Shown here in pieces: positions 9,834 through 21,190 of a DNA stretch of 64,000 nucleotides (positions within the stretch are counted from its first letter, which is position 1; each line of letters opens with the position of its first letter). The stretch lies in IMG/VR virus record IMGVR_UViG_3300037722_001025, positions 29,022 through 93,021 of that record; one strand, 5' to 3'. The stretch comes from a virus. The position numbers and the translations under genes were made by a program. The notes under the pieces are model-generated. The model was not told the DNA's origin. It did no database searches and saw only the letters and a program-made list of their open reading frames with translations.

Positions 9834-10148
9834 TTAATCCTTAAGTATGTAGTGAGGATTCATTCTAAAAAATAAGGAAACTATTATTTTAGCTTCAGCC
9901 AAAGTTTTTGCTCTTTTCTTCAAAGTTCTCCATTGCCAGGGGGTTACTGAATGATCAGCAACCCTTATTTTTAATTCAGGGTGATTACCTACTCTAGCAT
10001 CACAAGGATAATATCCCTTTTCACAATAAATTTTTGCCGCACATGTACCATCTTCGTATTCAGCAGAAGGCCATCCTCTTTTGTGAAAACTTCTGTATCT
10101 ACCAGTTTCGGGAGGATCAACTTTCCATTTATATTTTTTCATATCCAA
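9834..10148 (-). CDS. Hypothetical protein
   Basis: 104-aa ORF overlapping the helicase stop. Confidence 0.55.
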   Translation of the reverse strand: MDMKKYKWKVDPPETGRYRSFHKRGWPSAEYEDGTCAAKIYCEKGYYPCDARVGNHPELKIRVADHSVTPWQWRTLKKRAKTLAEAKIIVSLFFRMNPHYILKD

Positions 10149-11506
10149 CCTGACTCCATATAAAGAATTAATCGGAGAGCAAAATGCTCTATGAGATATC
10201 GGTTACTAGGATCAAAGATGTCATAAATCCACACCTCATCCTTATCAACTGTTTTTCTCAAACCTCGACCAATCTTTTGTAAAGCTGCTCTTTCGGTTTT
10301 ACCACCCGAAGCGTTGATGACTACATTCAGAGAAGGAATGTTAATACCCTCAATCCAAACTACACTGCAAATTGTACAACATGTTTCTTTTGCTTTCAGA
10401 GCATTAACCTCATTCGTCCTTGAGTCGGACTTAGTAGCTCCGTAGATAAATTCTGCTTTTATGTCTAGAGCTTGCAAAGCTGTTTGGATGTTATGTCCGT
10501 GTTCGGTCTGAACAACCATAATCAGAACAGATTCACCTTTATCTATATGTTTTTTGGCAGTAGCCGCAATAAGGTTATTGCGTTCGACATTATTGACTAC
10601 GCCTACATTGTAGGCTTCTGGGTACTTTCGGATAGCTTTTACGTCATAATCTATGGAGGTTTTTAACAGCTTGATTTTGGGTGTAGCCAGAATACCTAAA
10701 TTATTTGCTTCATTGATTGAGAGTTCTCCTACTACAGGTCCAAGTAAACCAGTACAGGCAAGAAAGCCTTCACCGTCTGATTCTTTCATGGGTGTAGCTG
10801 TCAACCCCAATCTAAATGGAGCTGGAATCATTCTTAAAATTTTGGCATACTGAGAATCTAAACCTTTGCTTACATGGTGGGCTTCATCGACTACCACAAT
10901 GTCATACAAATGACCAAATTCTTCTGCAAGACGAATAAAACTTTGTCTGGTAGCTATGGTAATATCTTTGCCACATTCGTTAAAACCGTCTCCTACTCTA
11001 CCTACACTTTTGAACCCCAATTTAATAGCTTCTTCGTAGGCTTGTTTCATCAGGTCTTTTGTGTGGCACATCCATAAAACCATTATACCTGGTAATGCTG
11101 ATAGACAACCAAAACCCAGAATCGTTTTTCCTGATCCTGTAGGAGATACAATGATGCCTCTGGGGCTGTCTAACCAAGAATCGATTAATTTAATCTGATC
11201 TTCCCTAAAAATTATGCCAGGGAGTTCAGGTTCATACATGGTAAAATCTTCTTTACTCCGATCCTCTACTTCTACCTCAAGATTTAAATCCTTACATTTT
11301 TCAAGTACATGGGATAGGAGGCCAGAATAGAAAATAAAACCTTCTTTGATTCGATATAAGGTGCTTTTTTGGGTTTCTTTCCTTATCTTCTTGTGAGGAC
11401 CTTGAATGTAGTAAGCAGAGGAAAAAGATAAATAAGGTCTAACCATTTCAGCCAGATCTGGACTTATAAGAGTTTCCACAGGATTTAAGACGACGATTTT
11501 GTGCAT
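10139..11506 (-). CDS. SF2 DEAH-box helicase (UvsW/XPB-like)
   Basis: SPTGSGKT, VVDEAHH, GLTATP, EGINIPSL, QKIGRGLR. Confidence 0.92.
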   Translation of the reverse strand: MHKIVVLNPVETLISPDLAEMVRPYLSFSSAYYIQGPHKKIRKETQKSTLYRIKEGFIFYSGLLSHVLEKCKDLNLEVEVEDRSKEDFTMYEPELPGIIFREDQIKLIDSWLDSPRGIIVSPTGSGKTILGFGCLSALPGIMVLWMCHTKDLMKQAYEEAIKLGFKSVGRVGDGFNECGKDITIATRQSFIRLAEEFGHLYDIVVVDEAHHVSKGLDSQYAKILRMIPAPFRLGLTATPMKESDGEGFLACTGLLGPVVGELSINEANNLGILATPKIKLLKTSIDYDVKAIRKYPEAYNVGVVNNVERNNLIAATAKKHIDKGESVLIMVVQTEHGHNIQTALQALDIKAEFIYGATKSDSRTNEVNALKAKETCCTICSVVWIEGINIPSLNVVINASGGKTERAALQKIGRGLRKTVDKDEVWIYDIFDPSNRYLIEHFALRLILYMESGWI

Positions 11507-11819
11507 TAATCCGACGCTTTCTCCAGATTGTATCCTTTAGCGGGAGATACATCACCACCAAGGATTACTTTTGTTTCCCACCAAGTTTTAGATCCATCAT
11601 CACAACGAACAATTCCTTCAAAGGTATAACCTAGAGGAATTTTACCTGTACAACGACCGAATGTTTTGCGTAAAGCATTCAGCAAAGCAAGCTTGGTAGG
11701 AGTTTCATATTCGATTATGGCTTCTTCTTTCCATTTTTGGGAACGAGTAGTTTTGGGGACATACTCACGGGCTATGACACGGGCTTTAATTGAATACATG
11801 TGGTTAAATCCTTTTCAAG

Positions 11820-12134
11820 TTAGGAACATAGTGCGTTGGCTATTTCATCCCTGACTATCAGGGTTTTTTGAGCAGACCAGTTAAAGTGTTCTTTCATGTA
11901 TTTTATCAGGTCTTTTTGAATTACTCTGCCAGTTTGAGTGAACATTTCATCGGGTAGGGTCATCAGAACTCGGGTGAATGTATAAGCTTCATCACTAAAG
12001 GAAGATAGGATTTGATTAAATATTGCTTTGCTTTCAGGATTATCTGGTGCAATTAAGATACAATCACTGTGATCCACATATTCACCCCAAAATACTTCAC
12101 AAGCTAACTCTAGGTTAGACTTACCCTTAGCCAT
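11820..12134 (-). CDS. Hypothetical protein
   Basis: 104-aa ORF with AAGGAG RBS. Confidence 0.55.
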   Translation of the reverse strand: MAKGKSNLELACEVFWGEYVDHSDCILIAPDNPESKAIFNQILSSFSDEAYTFTRVLMTLPDEMFTQTGRVIQKDLIKYMKEHFNWSAQKTLIVRDEIANALCS

Positions 12135-12175
12135 TCTGCCGCTCCTTCAATAAGTAAGGGATTAAATGTAAAGGT

Positions 12176-12544
12176 TTAAGTTGTTTTTCTCCTGATCAGT
12201 ACAAGAGGAGCATCAGCCAACTCTCTTTCTTCCTTCCTTTTTTCAAAAGCAATGGCTCTCTTAACGTCCACAATAGTTTTATATTGGAAACATCTTATAC
12301 AATATTCATCAGTTCCTTTAGAATAGCAGGAAACACAAGCTTCTACCGAAATAAAGTGATCTTTCTTGTTGCACCAGAAGATATGATGAGGATAGAATTT
12401 TTCACAGGTTTTTCTGTTTCCATCAATGTACTTCTGAACTTCAGGGCAATGACGGAGATCAGGTTTCTTTTTCTTGCTTTCGTCTTTATCAGCAGAAATT
12501 CGCCATTTAGCTTCAACAAATCTCCTACAGTATCTACAATCCAC
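12176..12544 (-). CDS. Cys-rich, probably zinc-binding hypothetical protein
   Basis: Multiple CxxC motifs (CRYC, CVSC, CIRC). Confidence 0.55.
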   Translation of the reverse strand: MDCRYCRRFVEAKWRISADKDESKKKKPDLRHCPEVQKYIDGNRKTCEKFYPHHIFWCNKKDHFISVEACVSCYSKGTDEYCIRCFQYKTIVDVKRAIAFEKRKEERELADAPLVLIRRKTT

Positions 12545-12548
12545 AGGT

Positions 12549-12734
12549 TCATCTCCTTTGGTTGATAGCTTGAATTTTCTCTTCCTCTTCCAGAAATTTA
12601 ACTATTGCCATTTTAGTGAAAGCAGCCTGTGTGATATTCAACCTTTTACACTGATCATTGATGCGATCCTTCAAGTGACTGTCCATCCGAACGTACAATA
12701 CCTTGTTTGAATCTTCGGGAAAAGTGGTTGCCAT
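12549..12734 (-). CDS. Ribbon-helix-helix DNA-binding protein
   Basis: KVLYVRMDSHLKDRI...LNITQAAFTKMAIVKFLE RHH pattern; first gene after promoter 12773-12802. Confidence 0.7.
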   Translation of the reverse strand: MATTFPEDSNKVLYVRMDSHLKDRINDQCKRLNITQAAFTKMAIVKFLEEEEKIQAINQRR

Positions 12735-12772
12735 ACTGTGTTACTCCTTGTTTGTTTGCTTTTTATATTGTT

Positions 12773-12802
12773 ATTATATCAACTAAATAGCACAATGCAA
12801 GC
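12773..12802 (-). promoter_or_regulatory. Conserved phage sigma70-like promoter
   Basis: GCTTGCAT-N16-TATAAT with TG extension. Confidence 0.75.
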
Positions 12803-13352
12803 GGAAAGTTAAGCTCTTTTTGAGGAAAAATCACTTTCCTTCAAAGATTCTTTCGAGAATAGCAATTTGTTTTTCCGATAAATACTTACCATATATTTCA
12901 GATCGGTTAATTTGGACATTGATGGATTCTAGAAAAGTTTTTTCCCAATCTGAGAGTTTGTCCTCAGAATATAGCATTAGCCGATTAATCATAAACCTGT
13001 GGGATTCTTTTAATTTTTCGTGTTTTTGGTGTTCTAATTCTGCTTCCTTCCTTTCTCGTTCCCTTTTCTCCTTATATTCAGGAGTATTCATTTTGTTAAA
13101 ATCAACCATTTTTTATATCCTTTTCTACAATAAAAGGAAGAACAGAAATACATGGAACTTTCGCATCACCGATTTCTGCACAAAGATGGTCACATCGGCG
13201 GCTCCAATCATGGACTTTGGAATGTTCTGAGCAGGGGTTTCCACATTTGTAAGTTCTTTTACAAATTACCTTTCTCGGAATACTCCAATCATTCATGATC
13301 ACCTCCTTAAGTTCTTCTCACATCAGTTTATATGCAATCTGTTCCTCAGGTG

Positions 13353-13664
13353 TCATTCCCAACGTTCCTTTTCATCAAGAACCTCCCGTTCAAATTCTTC
13401 GGCAGATTTATTTTCCACATTCGGGGTACCTTTCTGAATAATTTCTTCAACCTCTTCATCAGTCAAAAAATCTAAAAATCTTTGCATAGCATCTGGGAAA
13501 CCTTCTTCTTTTACAGCACCACAAATGGTACAACTTTTTTCTGCTTTAGAGTGGATATACTGGGGCAAAAAAGGACAGTCACATTCCCAGAAATTCGGAT
13601 TGGTATAAAAACTATTAGTCTCACTTTTGTGGAGTTCTAAATTTTGTTTGTATTCTTCTTTCAT
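13353..13664 (-). CDS. Zinc-ribbon hypothetical protein, paralogue of 23228-23524
   Basis: FYTNPNFWECDC...C..C...EEGFPD. Confidence 0.65.
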   Translation of the reverse strand: MKEEYKQNLELHKSETNSFYTNPNFWECDCPFLPQYIHSKAEKSCTICGAVKEEGFPDAMQRFLDFLTDEEVEEIIQKGTPNVENKSAEEFEREVLDEKERWE

Positions 13665-14333
13665 GGATAAGTTCCTTAAAGATGAGGATTTTAAAAACCT
13701 TTTGTTCTTTTATGATAAAGTTTTCAGTATTGAAAAACAAGTATCTTTTGATGTTTTGGAACAGTATTTCTTAGTGTCTACCTTGCTCTACCGTGTATTA
13801 CAAATCGTAACGAATATCAGAGCGACAATGAGCAAATTTGAGCATGTGGTAGAGTGTTCCTAATTTTGATGCCAAGGTTTTCTTTTGCCTTTTTCTTCAA
13901 GTTGATTAGCAGTGTTCCGCAAAGCGTTGATGCAATCCTCTCGGTTAGCATTACTGATATAATTCCCAAATGTATTTTCAGGGGTTTTCTCAAATTCAAA
14001 AGTAACCAAGAAAAACCCCATCTTTTTACCAGCAACCATTTTAAGAGTTTCGTCAATTACATTTGCAAGAGGTTGTAAAATATCGTGGATTTCAAGTTTA
14101 CTCATTAGGTGCTCCTTCATATTCAAAATCTTTGTATTTGTGTTGGGACTTACTTTTGGCAATGGGTTGAACCGTTACTAATTCAACACTGAGGTGCTCA
14201 TCTGGAGGTTTACTACCTTCATTAGAGCCAATATCCTTTGTTATCATTTCCGCGATTGCTATTATTGAATTTTTGGATTTTACGGTAACCAGAAATTGGT
14301 GCACCATAATTTTGTACTCCTATTAAAGCAGAG

Positions 14334-14648
14334 TTATTTTAACCAAGTATCCATACAGGTTGAATAAATAGCATTGGATACACGGAGTCGTTCTTCTTCC
14401 CAATCTGTTTCATCGAATTCTCCATGATTACGATAAACAAACTGGATAGTAGGAGCTAGCATTTCTACTCCTTCCTGCCCTTCAATCATGCCCATAAGTT
14501 CGTGTAAACTGATTCCTGTTTTTCTGGCTATTACAACTGTTTCACCAGCAATGGCGGCTTCTCTGCAAGCTTGATGCTTGGTTATTTCTTCTCCATAAGA
14601 AGTCGTGGCAAACAGCATGAAAGTCAACAAACCGATTATTTTCTTCAT
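14334..14648 (-). CDS. Small secreted protein
   Basis: MKKIIGLLTFMLFATTSYG signal peptide; one Cys pair. Confidence 0.6.
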   Translation of the reverse strand: MKKIIGLLTFMLFATTSYGEEITKHQACREAAIAGETVVIARKTGISLHELMGMIEGQEGVEMLAPTIQFVYRNHGEFDETDWEEERLRVSNAIYSTCMDTWLK

Positions 14649-14782
14649 GATTTCTCCTTTTCCTCCTCTTTTTGAGTTTCCCTCCTAATATAGTTCCAAC
14701 AATATTTAGGAATCTTGATTCGGTATTCTTTAGGACACCATGTGGAACAACAAGTGGAGCAAATTGTTTTCACCCTATAACT

Positions 14783-15115
14783 TTATTCCTTTACAATGAG
14801 TAAAGTCTTATTAGCTTTGACCCACAAAACAGTCCCCATGTTGATCATTCGATAAGATTTGTTCCAGGCTTCTTCTTTGGGTAGAGTCATCAGGTATTTT
14901 CGATAAAGAAGCATGTCACCAACAAGAACATAGGAATTGCTAGGTTGTGCTGGAGATGGGCGTTTAGCGTTTTCTTTTGGTTTCCGAATGTGGGCGAGAA
15001 TCTTCCGCACACTTCCATCCTTCTCTATGAATTCAGCAGAGAAGAGTTGACCCCTAGTGGCTTTCACTATGGGGTAGATTTTGAACCTTGAAATTTCTAT
15101 TTCTCTGATATCCAT
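14783..15115 (-). CDS. Phage protein with an Sm/SH3-like (WYL_2-type) fold
   Basis: FSAEFIEKDGSVRK ... YRMINMGTV pattern. Confidence 0.4.
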   Translation of the reverse strand: MDIREIEISRFKIYPIVKATRGQLFSAEFIEKDGSVRKILAHIRKPKENAKRPSPAQPSNSYVLVGDMLLYRKYLMTLPKEEAWNKSYRMINMGTVLWVKANKTLLIVKE

Positions 15116-16038
15116 GATTTTCTCCTTTATTTTGATTTAACTAACAAGTTTAAAAAATCTAGGATTAACGTGATTAATAATACCACGCCAATGGATTTAT
15201 CTACCATACTATCAACCTCTCCAGAATGGATCGCGTTAGCTATCAAAACACAACCAAAAACAAAAGCGAAATTCATGAGTTTTCTCCTCTCCTTTCAAAG
15301 CCCTCGTCGGATTATTTCCTTCAGAACTTGTGGAGCTTCTTCAGCAATATTGCTTTTGGTTTCTTCATCGATGGGATATTCAATAAAACCAGATTCTTCA
15401 TCCTCAGTATCCCAACTTGGATCATTTTTCTCAAGCCATTGTTTGAGCAATTTGATTTTTTCCTCTTCGATCAGCATACAGAAAAGGTATTCTTCAGGGT
15501 TACAACAACCACATCCAGAGTGATAACCCTCCTGAATTATTGTGTAAAATTCCACACCTTCTTGGAGAAGGTTTTCAATGCATTTGATATCATCTCTGGG
15601 AATCTTGGTAACATATTCACAATATTTTTCCATAGTTTTCCCCTTTAATGTTCGATAAGGTTTCTTCCACAATAAGGGTATCTACGCCAGCTACTTTGTA
15701 TGAGACGGCGACGATTCGATAGGATGAGACAAACACAATCAACTATAGTTTATCTCCTATTCCAATCTACTTTAATAAGTTCGACTTTGGCTCCGTCATA
15801 CCATTCAATCAAGGTTTGTTTCAGGTGTTCTTCAAATTCTCCAACATCTCCTCCAGGATCACCACTTTCAATTTCAATAGTAATTGTATCAGAGAAAGAT
15901 CGAATACCAGCACCTGATTCTCCAGGATGATTAATTTTGAAAGTTACCTGTTTCATTCTTTCCCCCTTTTGAGAAAGTTTGACTTACTCAAGTTGAGGCT
16001 GGGATTCTGCACCCAGCCTCGCTTTCAACAGTCAAGCT

Positions 16039-16908
16039 TTATGTAGCCCTTCGGTTCTTGTGTTCGAAGGCTTTCGTAATCGCCGGCTGAATTTCGATGC
16101 GGCGCAGTTCTGACTTGATTTCATGGGTAGCATATTGGGTAGCTACACTATAGAACATCCAGCGATTCAGCTCACCGCTCTTGAGAGCAGTGGGGAGAAT
16201 CAGGGAAGTGCTGGCTTCCGGAAGAGCTTCGATCTTTTCACGTTCGGGTTGAGAGAACGGAAGCTCGGCCCAGAGTTCCTCGTATTGATTCGGGAGCATC
16301 TTTTCTTCGGCCCATTCACGCCACAGCCCGGTCTGTTCGGAGAACTTGTTCATACCGTTGGTGATAGTTGCAGAGAGTTCATTCGGATCGAGGGATACAA
16401 GATGACGTTTTTTGAAGGAGTCGAAAGTCTGACCGACTTTCAGACCATTCGAACAGACGAGACGGAAAGCTCCGAAAGCTCCGCTGTATTTCCAACCCAG
16501 ATCATATGAGCTGAAAACGTCGATGGTGGGGTTGACAAGATCATGGACTTTCGGATTGATGTCGAACAGAACTTCCGCAAACTTTGCCTCGACTCGCAGT
16601 TTGCCCCCGTCAGACAGAAGCTGGACGCTGATGGTGGGCTTGCCGAATTCAGGAAGTTTGTTGGCTGCTTCTTCGACCAGGTGAATCACTTCTTCATGCA
16701 GAACAGGTTGATAGGCGCTGGTGCAGACGTTGAATGCTGAACCAGTGTTCTGGTCAACAATCGCAAAGCGATCAGGAATCCGATTCGCACTGCTGGGACG
16801 ACGACCGTACCAGAGGGGTTCGAGAACGACGTTGGGAAACACTAGATTGTACCTGGTTTTCACGTCCTCACGAATTTCTTTGACTTCCTCAGGCGTTCTT
16901 TCTTTCAT
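16039..16908 (-). CDS. DUF932 family early protein
   Basis: SAYQPVLHEE, GAFRLVCSNGL; GAGGAGG RBS; directly after a conserved promoter. Confidence 0.8.
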   Translation of the reverse strand: MKERTPEEVKEIREDVKTRYNLVFPNVVLEPLWYGRRPSSANRIPDRFAIVDQNTGSAFNVCTSAYQPVLHEEVIHLVEEAANKLPEFGKPTISVQLLSDGGKLRVEAKFAEVLFDINPKVHDLVNPTIDVFSSYDLGWKYSGAFGAFRLVCSNGLKVGQTFDSFKKRHLVSLDPNELSATITNGMNKFSEQTGLWREWAEEKMLPNQYEELWAELPFSQPEREKIEALPEASTSLILPTALKSGELNRWMFYSVATQYATHEIKSELRRIEIQPAITKAFEHKNRRAT

Positions 16909-16960
16909 GTTGCCTCCTCTCCCTTTTTCTCGGGATCGATTAGTGTTTGCTGCTATGATA

Positions 16961-16990
16961 ATTATATATGACCAATAGCAGTTTGCAAGC
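16961..16990 (-). promoter_or_regulatory. Conserved phage sigma70-like promoter
   Basis: GCTTGCAA-N16-TATAAT. Confidence 0.75.
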
Positions 16991-18090
16991 AAAATAATTA
17001 TTTTTTATCTTTTATTTTCCTTTTACCACTGAATTGTCTCGGGTGTCTCCCGAAAAAGGTTTTATCTTTCCAAGGTTTTATTTTCTTTAAAGTGGAATGA
17101 ATTTCTTTCTTGGGGGAAAATTTTTCTTTTGTTGACATAAAAAAGAAAAATTTTTTATATTTCCTTTGGTAGCAAAGGGTGCAAATGTATCCAGGACTAG
17201 GATCAACATCGTCATCAAAAGCACCTTTAACATGAATGTCAGCCCAGTTAGTGCAGCCTAAAACTTCACACCTGAAACCTTCTTCTTCACCGTTAACAAT
17301 TCTAAGAATTTCAAGGCTCATAACTTAATCCTTTCATAATCTAATTTGTTCGGAGCCTCAGTTGAAACACAAGTAATAGCAGAGTATAGCTTGATACTAT
17401 GGAATAACGTCCTGACTGCGGTAGAAGCTCAAAAATATTTGGTTCGTTGTTTACTTGACACATAATAATATAGATGATCCCAAGGATCATCTTCGTATTG
17501 GAAAGATTTCTGTTTGGGCAAAATCTTATCAATAGGCTTTTTAGAATTAATTTCTTTTCGGCAAGCACCACACGATTTATTAATCTTGATACCGTGTTTA
17601 CATGTAGGTATGAATTTGGACATAAGGTTATCTCCTCAATATTCATTCTTGAAAAATTTTAATTCCTCGTGTATTAAGATTACTCCATCTTCATCGATTA
17701 AGGCAAAGAAGGTACCAGCCATGCATTCACAAACAAATATTGGGTAATCAGTGGAATGCTCAAGGATTTCTTCCGTCTTTAGTCCCTCTATGGAAGACAG
17801 TTTTTGGATACCATCATCCATATTATCCTGATTTTCACTGAACAGAGTAGCAGAACTATCATCATTTATGCTGAATCCAGCTTTCCAATTTAGAAAATCA
17901 AGTATTTCTTTTTTCATGGTTTCACCTCAAGGTAGAGATACTTAGGAGTATGAAAATCACACCTACCAATAAAGTCAAGGGGTTTGTCGAATTTGTAATC
18001 ATTAGTATACCGATTATAAAACTTACTCCTTTTATAAAATTCATTATGTATCCTATAAAGTAAGGGGTAGATTTCTCTACCCCTTACTGA

Positions 18091-18792
18091 TTACTTAATT
18101 TGAGTTTTCCCACCGTTGGGACCAGCAAGTGGTCTGGAGATATTCACCTTCTTACCTGCTTCAACTCCTGCTCGGTGAGCCTCGTAACTCCCGGTCAGTT
18201 TCACTCCTCGACCGCGTCGAAGATTGGGAAATTGTTGTTGAACGAAAGTGGATAACCCTTGATTTTTGATGACCATCAGGGCTGATCCAGCTTCATCGAA
18301 AGAAGCATTTCGACGGTCATAAAGATCCTTCATGCGGCGACCAATCTCGTTGACCATCGCATAGGCGAAAGTGTCCCTGTCAGCTTTTTTGGAGAATTTG
18401 TGATTTGCCTGCATCCCGACAGACCGGCGCAGATATTGGAAGAAAAAGACGGTGATTTCGATATCCGTCTTGGTACCGCAGTACATGAGAACCCAGGGTT
18501 TAGTTCGTTGAACAACCTTGACATCGAAAGCTTCTGAAATGACAAGAGCGAGGGATCCTTCCCAATTCACAGGTGCCTGTTTGTTCATGTCCACATCGAT
18601 TCGGGAGAACATATCTTTAGACTTGCCAGCTCTGAGGTCAGCAAAATCGATGCTGTATTTTGCCATCAGTTTGGCAGCCATTGCATTGGCAGCCTCACGT
18701 TCACCTGAGAGACCATTGTTGCTGTCTTTCCCAAGTTCCATGAGCTTGAGAATCTTGTCAACCATTGCTTTTTGTTCAGTGGAAAGTGCCAT
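18091..18792 (-). CDS. DUF2786-domain early protein
   Basis: DKILKLMELG....GEREAANAMAAKLMAKYSI; C-terminal AG.EAGKKVNI. Confidence 0.75.
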   Translation of the reverse strand: MALSTEQKAMVDKILKLMELGKDSNNGLSGEREAANAMAAKLMAKYSIDFADLRAGKSKDMFSRIDVDMNKQAPVNWEGSLALVISEAFDVKVVQRTKPWVLMYCGTKTDIEITVFFFQYLRRSVGMQANHKFSKKADRDTFAYAMVNEIGRRMKDLYDRRNASFDEAGSALMVIKNQGLSTFVQQQFPNLRRGRGVKLTGSYEAHRAGVEAGKKVNISRPLAGPNGGKTQIK

Positions 18793-19005
18793 TTCTTTTC
18801 TCCTTAAATGGAAGTCCTGCATTTAGAGGGTCTGTTGCAACGGGAACAAGGGTGGGCCTTCGTGGCGTTGTAGATGAGGATCCCTTTCTCGGGGTTCAGT
18901 TTGAATTGAGGGCAAAACTGCTTGAATTTCTCGTCAGGGGTGTAGGTCTTTTTAATCAGACCACCCAAGGCTTTAAATGGCTTGTTCATCAAAACCTCCA
19001 GGAAG

Positions 19006-19042
19006 CGTCTGGGGTCGATGTCTCAAGCATCGACCCCAGACG
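19006..19042. repeat. Perfect 15-bp inverted repeat (hairpin)
   Basis: CGTCTGGGGTCGATG-TCTCAAG-CATCGACCCCAGACG between early genes. Confidence 0.85.
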
Positions 19043-19049
19043 GTTGTGA

Positions 19050-19802
19050 TCAGATAAGTTCGAAGTGGATTTTACCGTCAGCTTCAATCTTCTTGCACTT
19101 GTCGGCGCGATTTTTGATCAACCAGGCAATGTGGCTTTTGACACGACTGACGGTAGTTTCGGTGTCTTCAGCGTGCTTTGTGAGGGTCTTGTGAGATTCC
19201 AGAGACACATCGATTTTGCCGTTCTGCATCGTGAGGTAAGATTGGGAGAATTTGCTGACGGGGCCAGTTTTCGGACGAGCCGCTCGGGCAGTACCGCCGG
19301 AAGCAGAACTGGACTTCTTGCCCTGGGGGGCCTGGGCTTTCCGATGCTCGGTCAAAGTTTTGCAGGCTTCAGCACAGTCCTTGAACTGCTTGACGCAATC
19401 CTGGCAGTAGTCGGAATTCAGATCGAACGAGCCGAAGATTGCCGGGTCACATGCGTCGGGGTGTGATTCAGCGAGAACCTTGACGGCTTCAGCGACCGCT
19501 TTTTCTTTTTCAGCATCAGCGGCGCCGACTTTTCCAGCTTCTTCTGCCACGATCTGAGCATCTTTGGCGAGAGCGGCCGCCTCTTCTGCGAGAGCAGTGG
19601 CATCTTTGGCGAGAGCAGTACCAGCACCGTTCATTTCAACGACTCGACGTTCTTCGTTTTGCCGACGTTCTTCAGCGGCGTCCTGTTTCAATTCCTCCTG
19701 GTATTTCTCTTCGTCACTTTTCAGAGCGACGGGATTGGGGGTTTGGGACTTCTGATCTTTCTCAGCGGAACGACGTTGGGAAGCTGAAGTTCTTTTTGCC
19801 AT
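19050..19802 (-). CDS. Early protein: coiled coil, Cys cluster and C-terminal winged-HTH-like domain (paralogue of 28573-29067)
   Basis: Ala/Glu/Lys-rich coiled coil, C..FG...CQDC...C...C, then SKF...QNGKID..LE...TETTVSRVKSH. Confidence 0.7.
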   Translation of the reverse strand: MAKRTSASQRRSAEKDQKSQTPNPVALKSDEEKYQEELKQDAAEERRQNEERRVVEMNGAGTALAKDATALAEEAAALAKDAQIVAEEAGKVGAADAEKEKAVAEAVKVLAESHPDACDPAIFGSFDLNSDYCQDCVKQFKDCAEACKTLTEHRKAQAPQGKKSSSASGGTARAARPKTGPVSKFSQSYLTMQNGKIDVSLESHKTLTKHAEDTETTVSRVKSHIAWLIKNRADKCKKIEADGKIHFELI

Positions 19803-19861
19803 GATACTCTCCTTTGCAAGTTGCGCCCTTTTACTCGGGCTGTTGAATTACTCTTGTATAT

Positions 19862-19891
19862 ATAATAGCAGTTAGAAATAAGAATGCAAGC
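19862..19891 (-). promoter_or_regulatory. Conserved phage sigma70-like promoter
   Basis: GCTTGCAT-N16-TATTAT with TG extension. Confidence 0.75.
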
Positions 19892-20893
19892 AGGAAATAA
19901 CAAATTTTCATCCGAAGTGCATTTATTTTCCCCTCATTCTGAAAGTGAGGATGATAGCATCACCTTCGGCACTTATACAGTTGAAATTGGGGTGATCGGT
20001 AATTCTACACACGGCACTTTTCAGGATGAGGGTGTTTTCAACTTTGGCTTTTACCACCATCCCATAATCATATTCCAACCATACATTTGCCTTCAGCCCA
20101 AGATTGGGAAGGAATTTATTTTCGATTTCTTCAAGTAAGGATTCATTTGTCTTCGAGGTGTCAGTTGACAGAGCAAGAAGGCGGTTGAATTCTGCGGAAG
20201 GCATTACTTTGTGATCGGAAGCGCCCATGATGTGTCTCCTTTAATGACGACAAAACGTATACAAGAAAGTTGGTTCTCCGTGAAAGGCGCAAAGTTCTCA
20301 AATTCTTTGTTGGGTATTTTGAGGGAAATGTAAGCATGTCGGTAATAGCAACCTGATACACCATATTCAAGTTCAGCATAATCCCAACAGTTAAGAAAAC
20401 TACGTATATAATCAGCATTTTTTGGGGTGATAGTCAAACCCCTAAACCATTTAAACCGCACATATTTCGTTCTCTTTTCATTGTAATCGGGACTTGCACC
20501 CAATAAAATGGAGACGATATGAACAGCAGGATGACGGGTTCTTGGTATTTTTTTCATAGTTTTAATCCCCGAAAACGTAAGCGAGGTCATCGACAATCTG
20601 GAGCACTTGGGCTATCCCACATAACCCGAGTTTGGCATACATGTGATTGCACTCCAATTCTAAATAAACTCCAGTGAGTTGTGTCTTGTTCTTCCACTGG
20701 GGCCTGCCTTTGATCATAAGCTCTGGCGCCCATGTTCTGCCTTCATCACCTGTAACTAGAACAGGTGTAGCCTTTTGTGTAACACCGTCGAGGACAACTT
20801 CTGTGCTGGGGAGGAAGAGAAACCCTACACCATTAGATACGGTGCGGAATTGAAGATTGTTCTCTTCGGCAAATTGGTGGAGCTTTTTATTCC

Positions 20894-21190
20894 TCAAGTG
20901 TGAACTCCCCAGCTGTTTGAATGTTGGTGAAAAATAACAGCACCATTGAACCAGATACCTTCTTCTTTGCCCCATTTGTTGATGTGGCAGACTGAGAAGC
21001 CGAAGTCATGGTTATCATTATTGTCCTTGTAAAGCCTCACCTTGATGTCCTCATCAGAATACTTACAGAGGTAGGTAAAAGACTTCATGAGTTCGGGTAA
21101 GCAGCCTTTTTCTTGAGCGAAAGCTACCACCTCAGCAAAATGGATGGCGTCGATGATCTCCAGATTGTGGATAGGATTTTTGACTGGCAT
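20894..21190 (-). CDS. DUF4120-like phage protein
   Basis: VRLYKD...DFGFS...WFNGAVIFH...SWGVHT terminal motif. Confidence 0.5.
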   Translation of the reverse strand: MPVKNPIHNLEIIDAIHFAEVVAFAQEKGCLPELMKSFTYLCKYSDEDIKVRLYKDNNDNHDFGFSVCHINKWGKEEGIWFNGAVIFHQHSNSWGVHT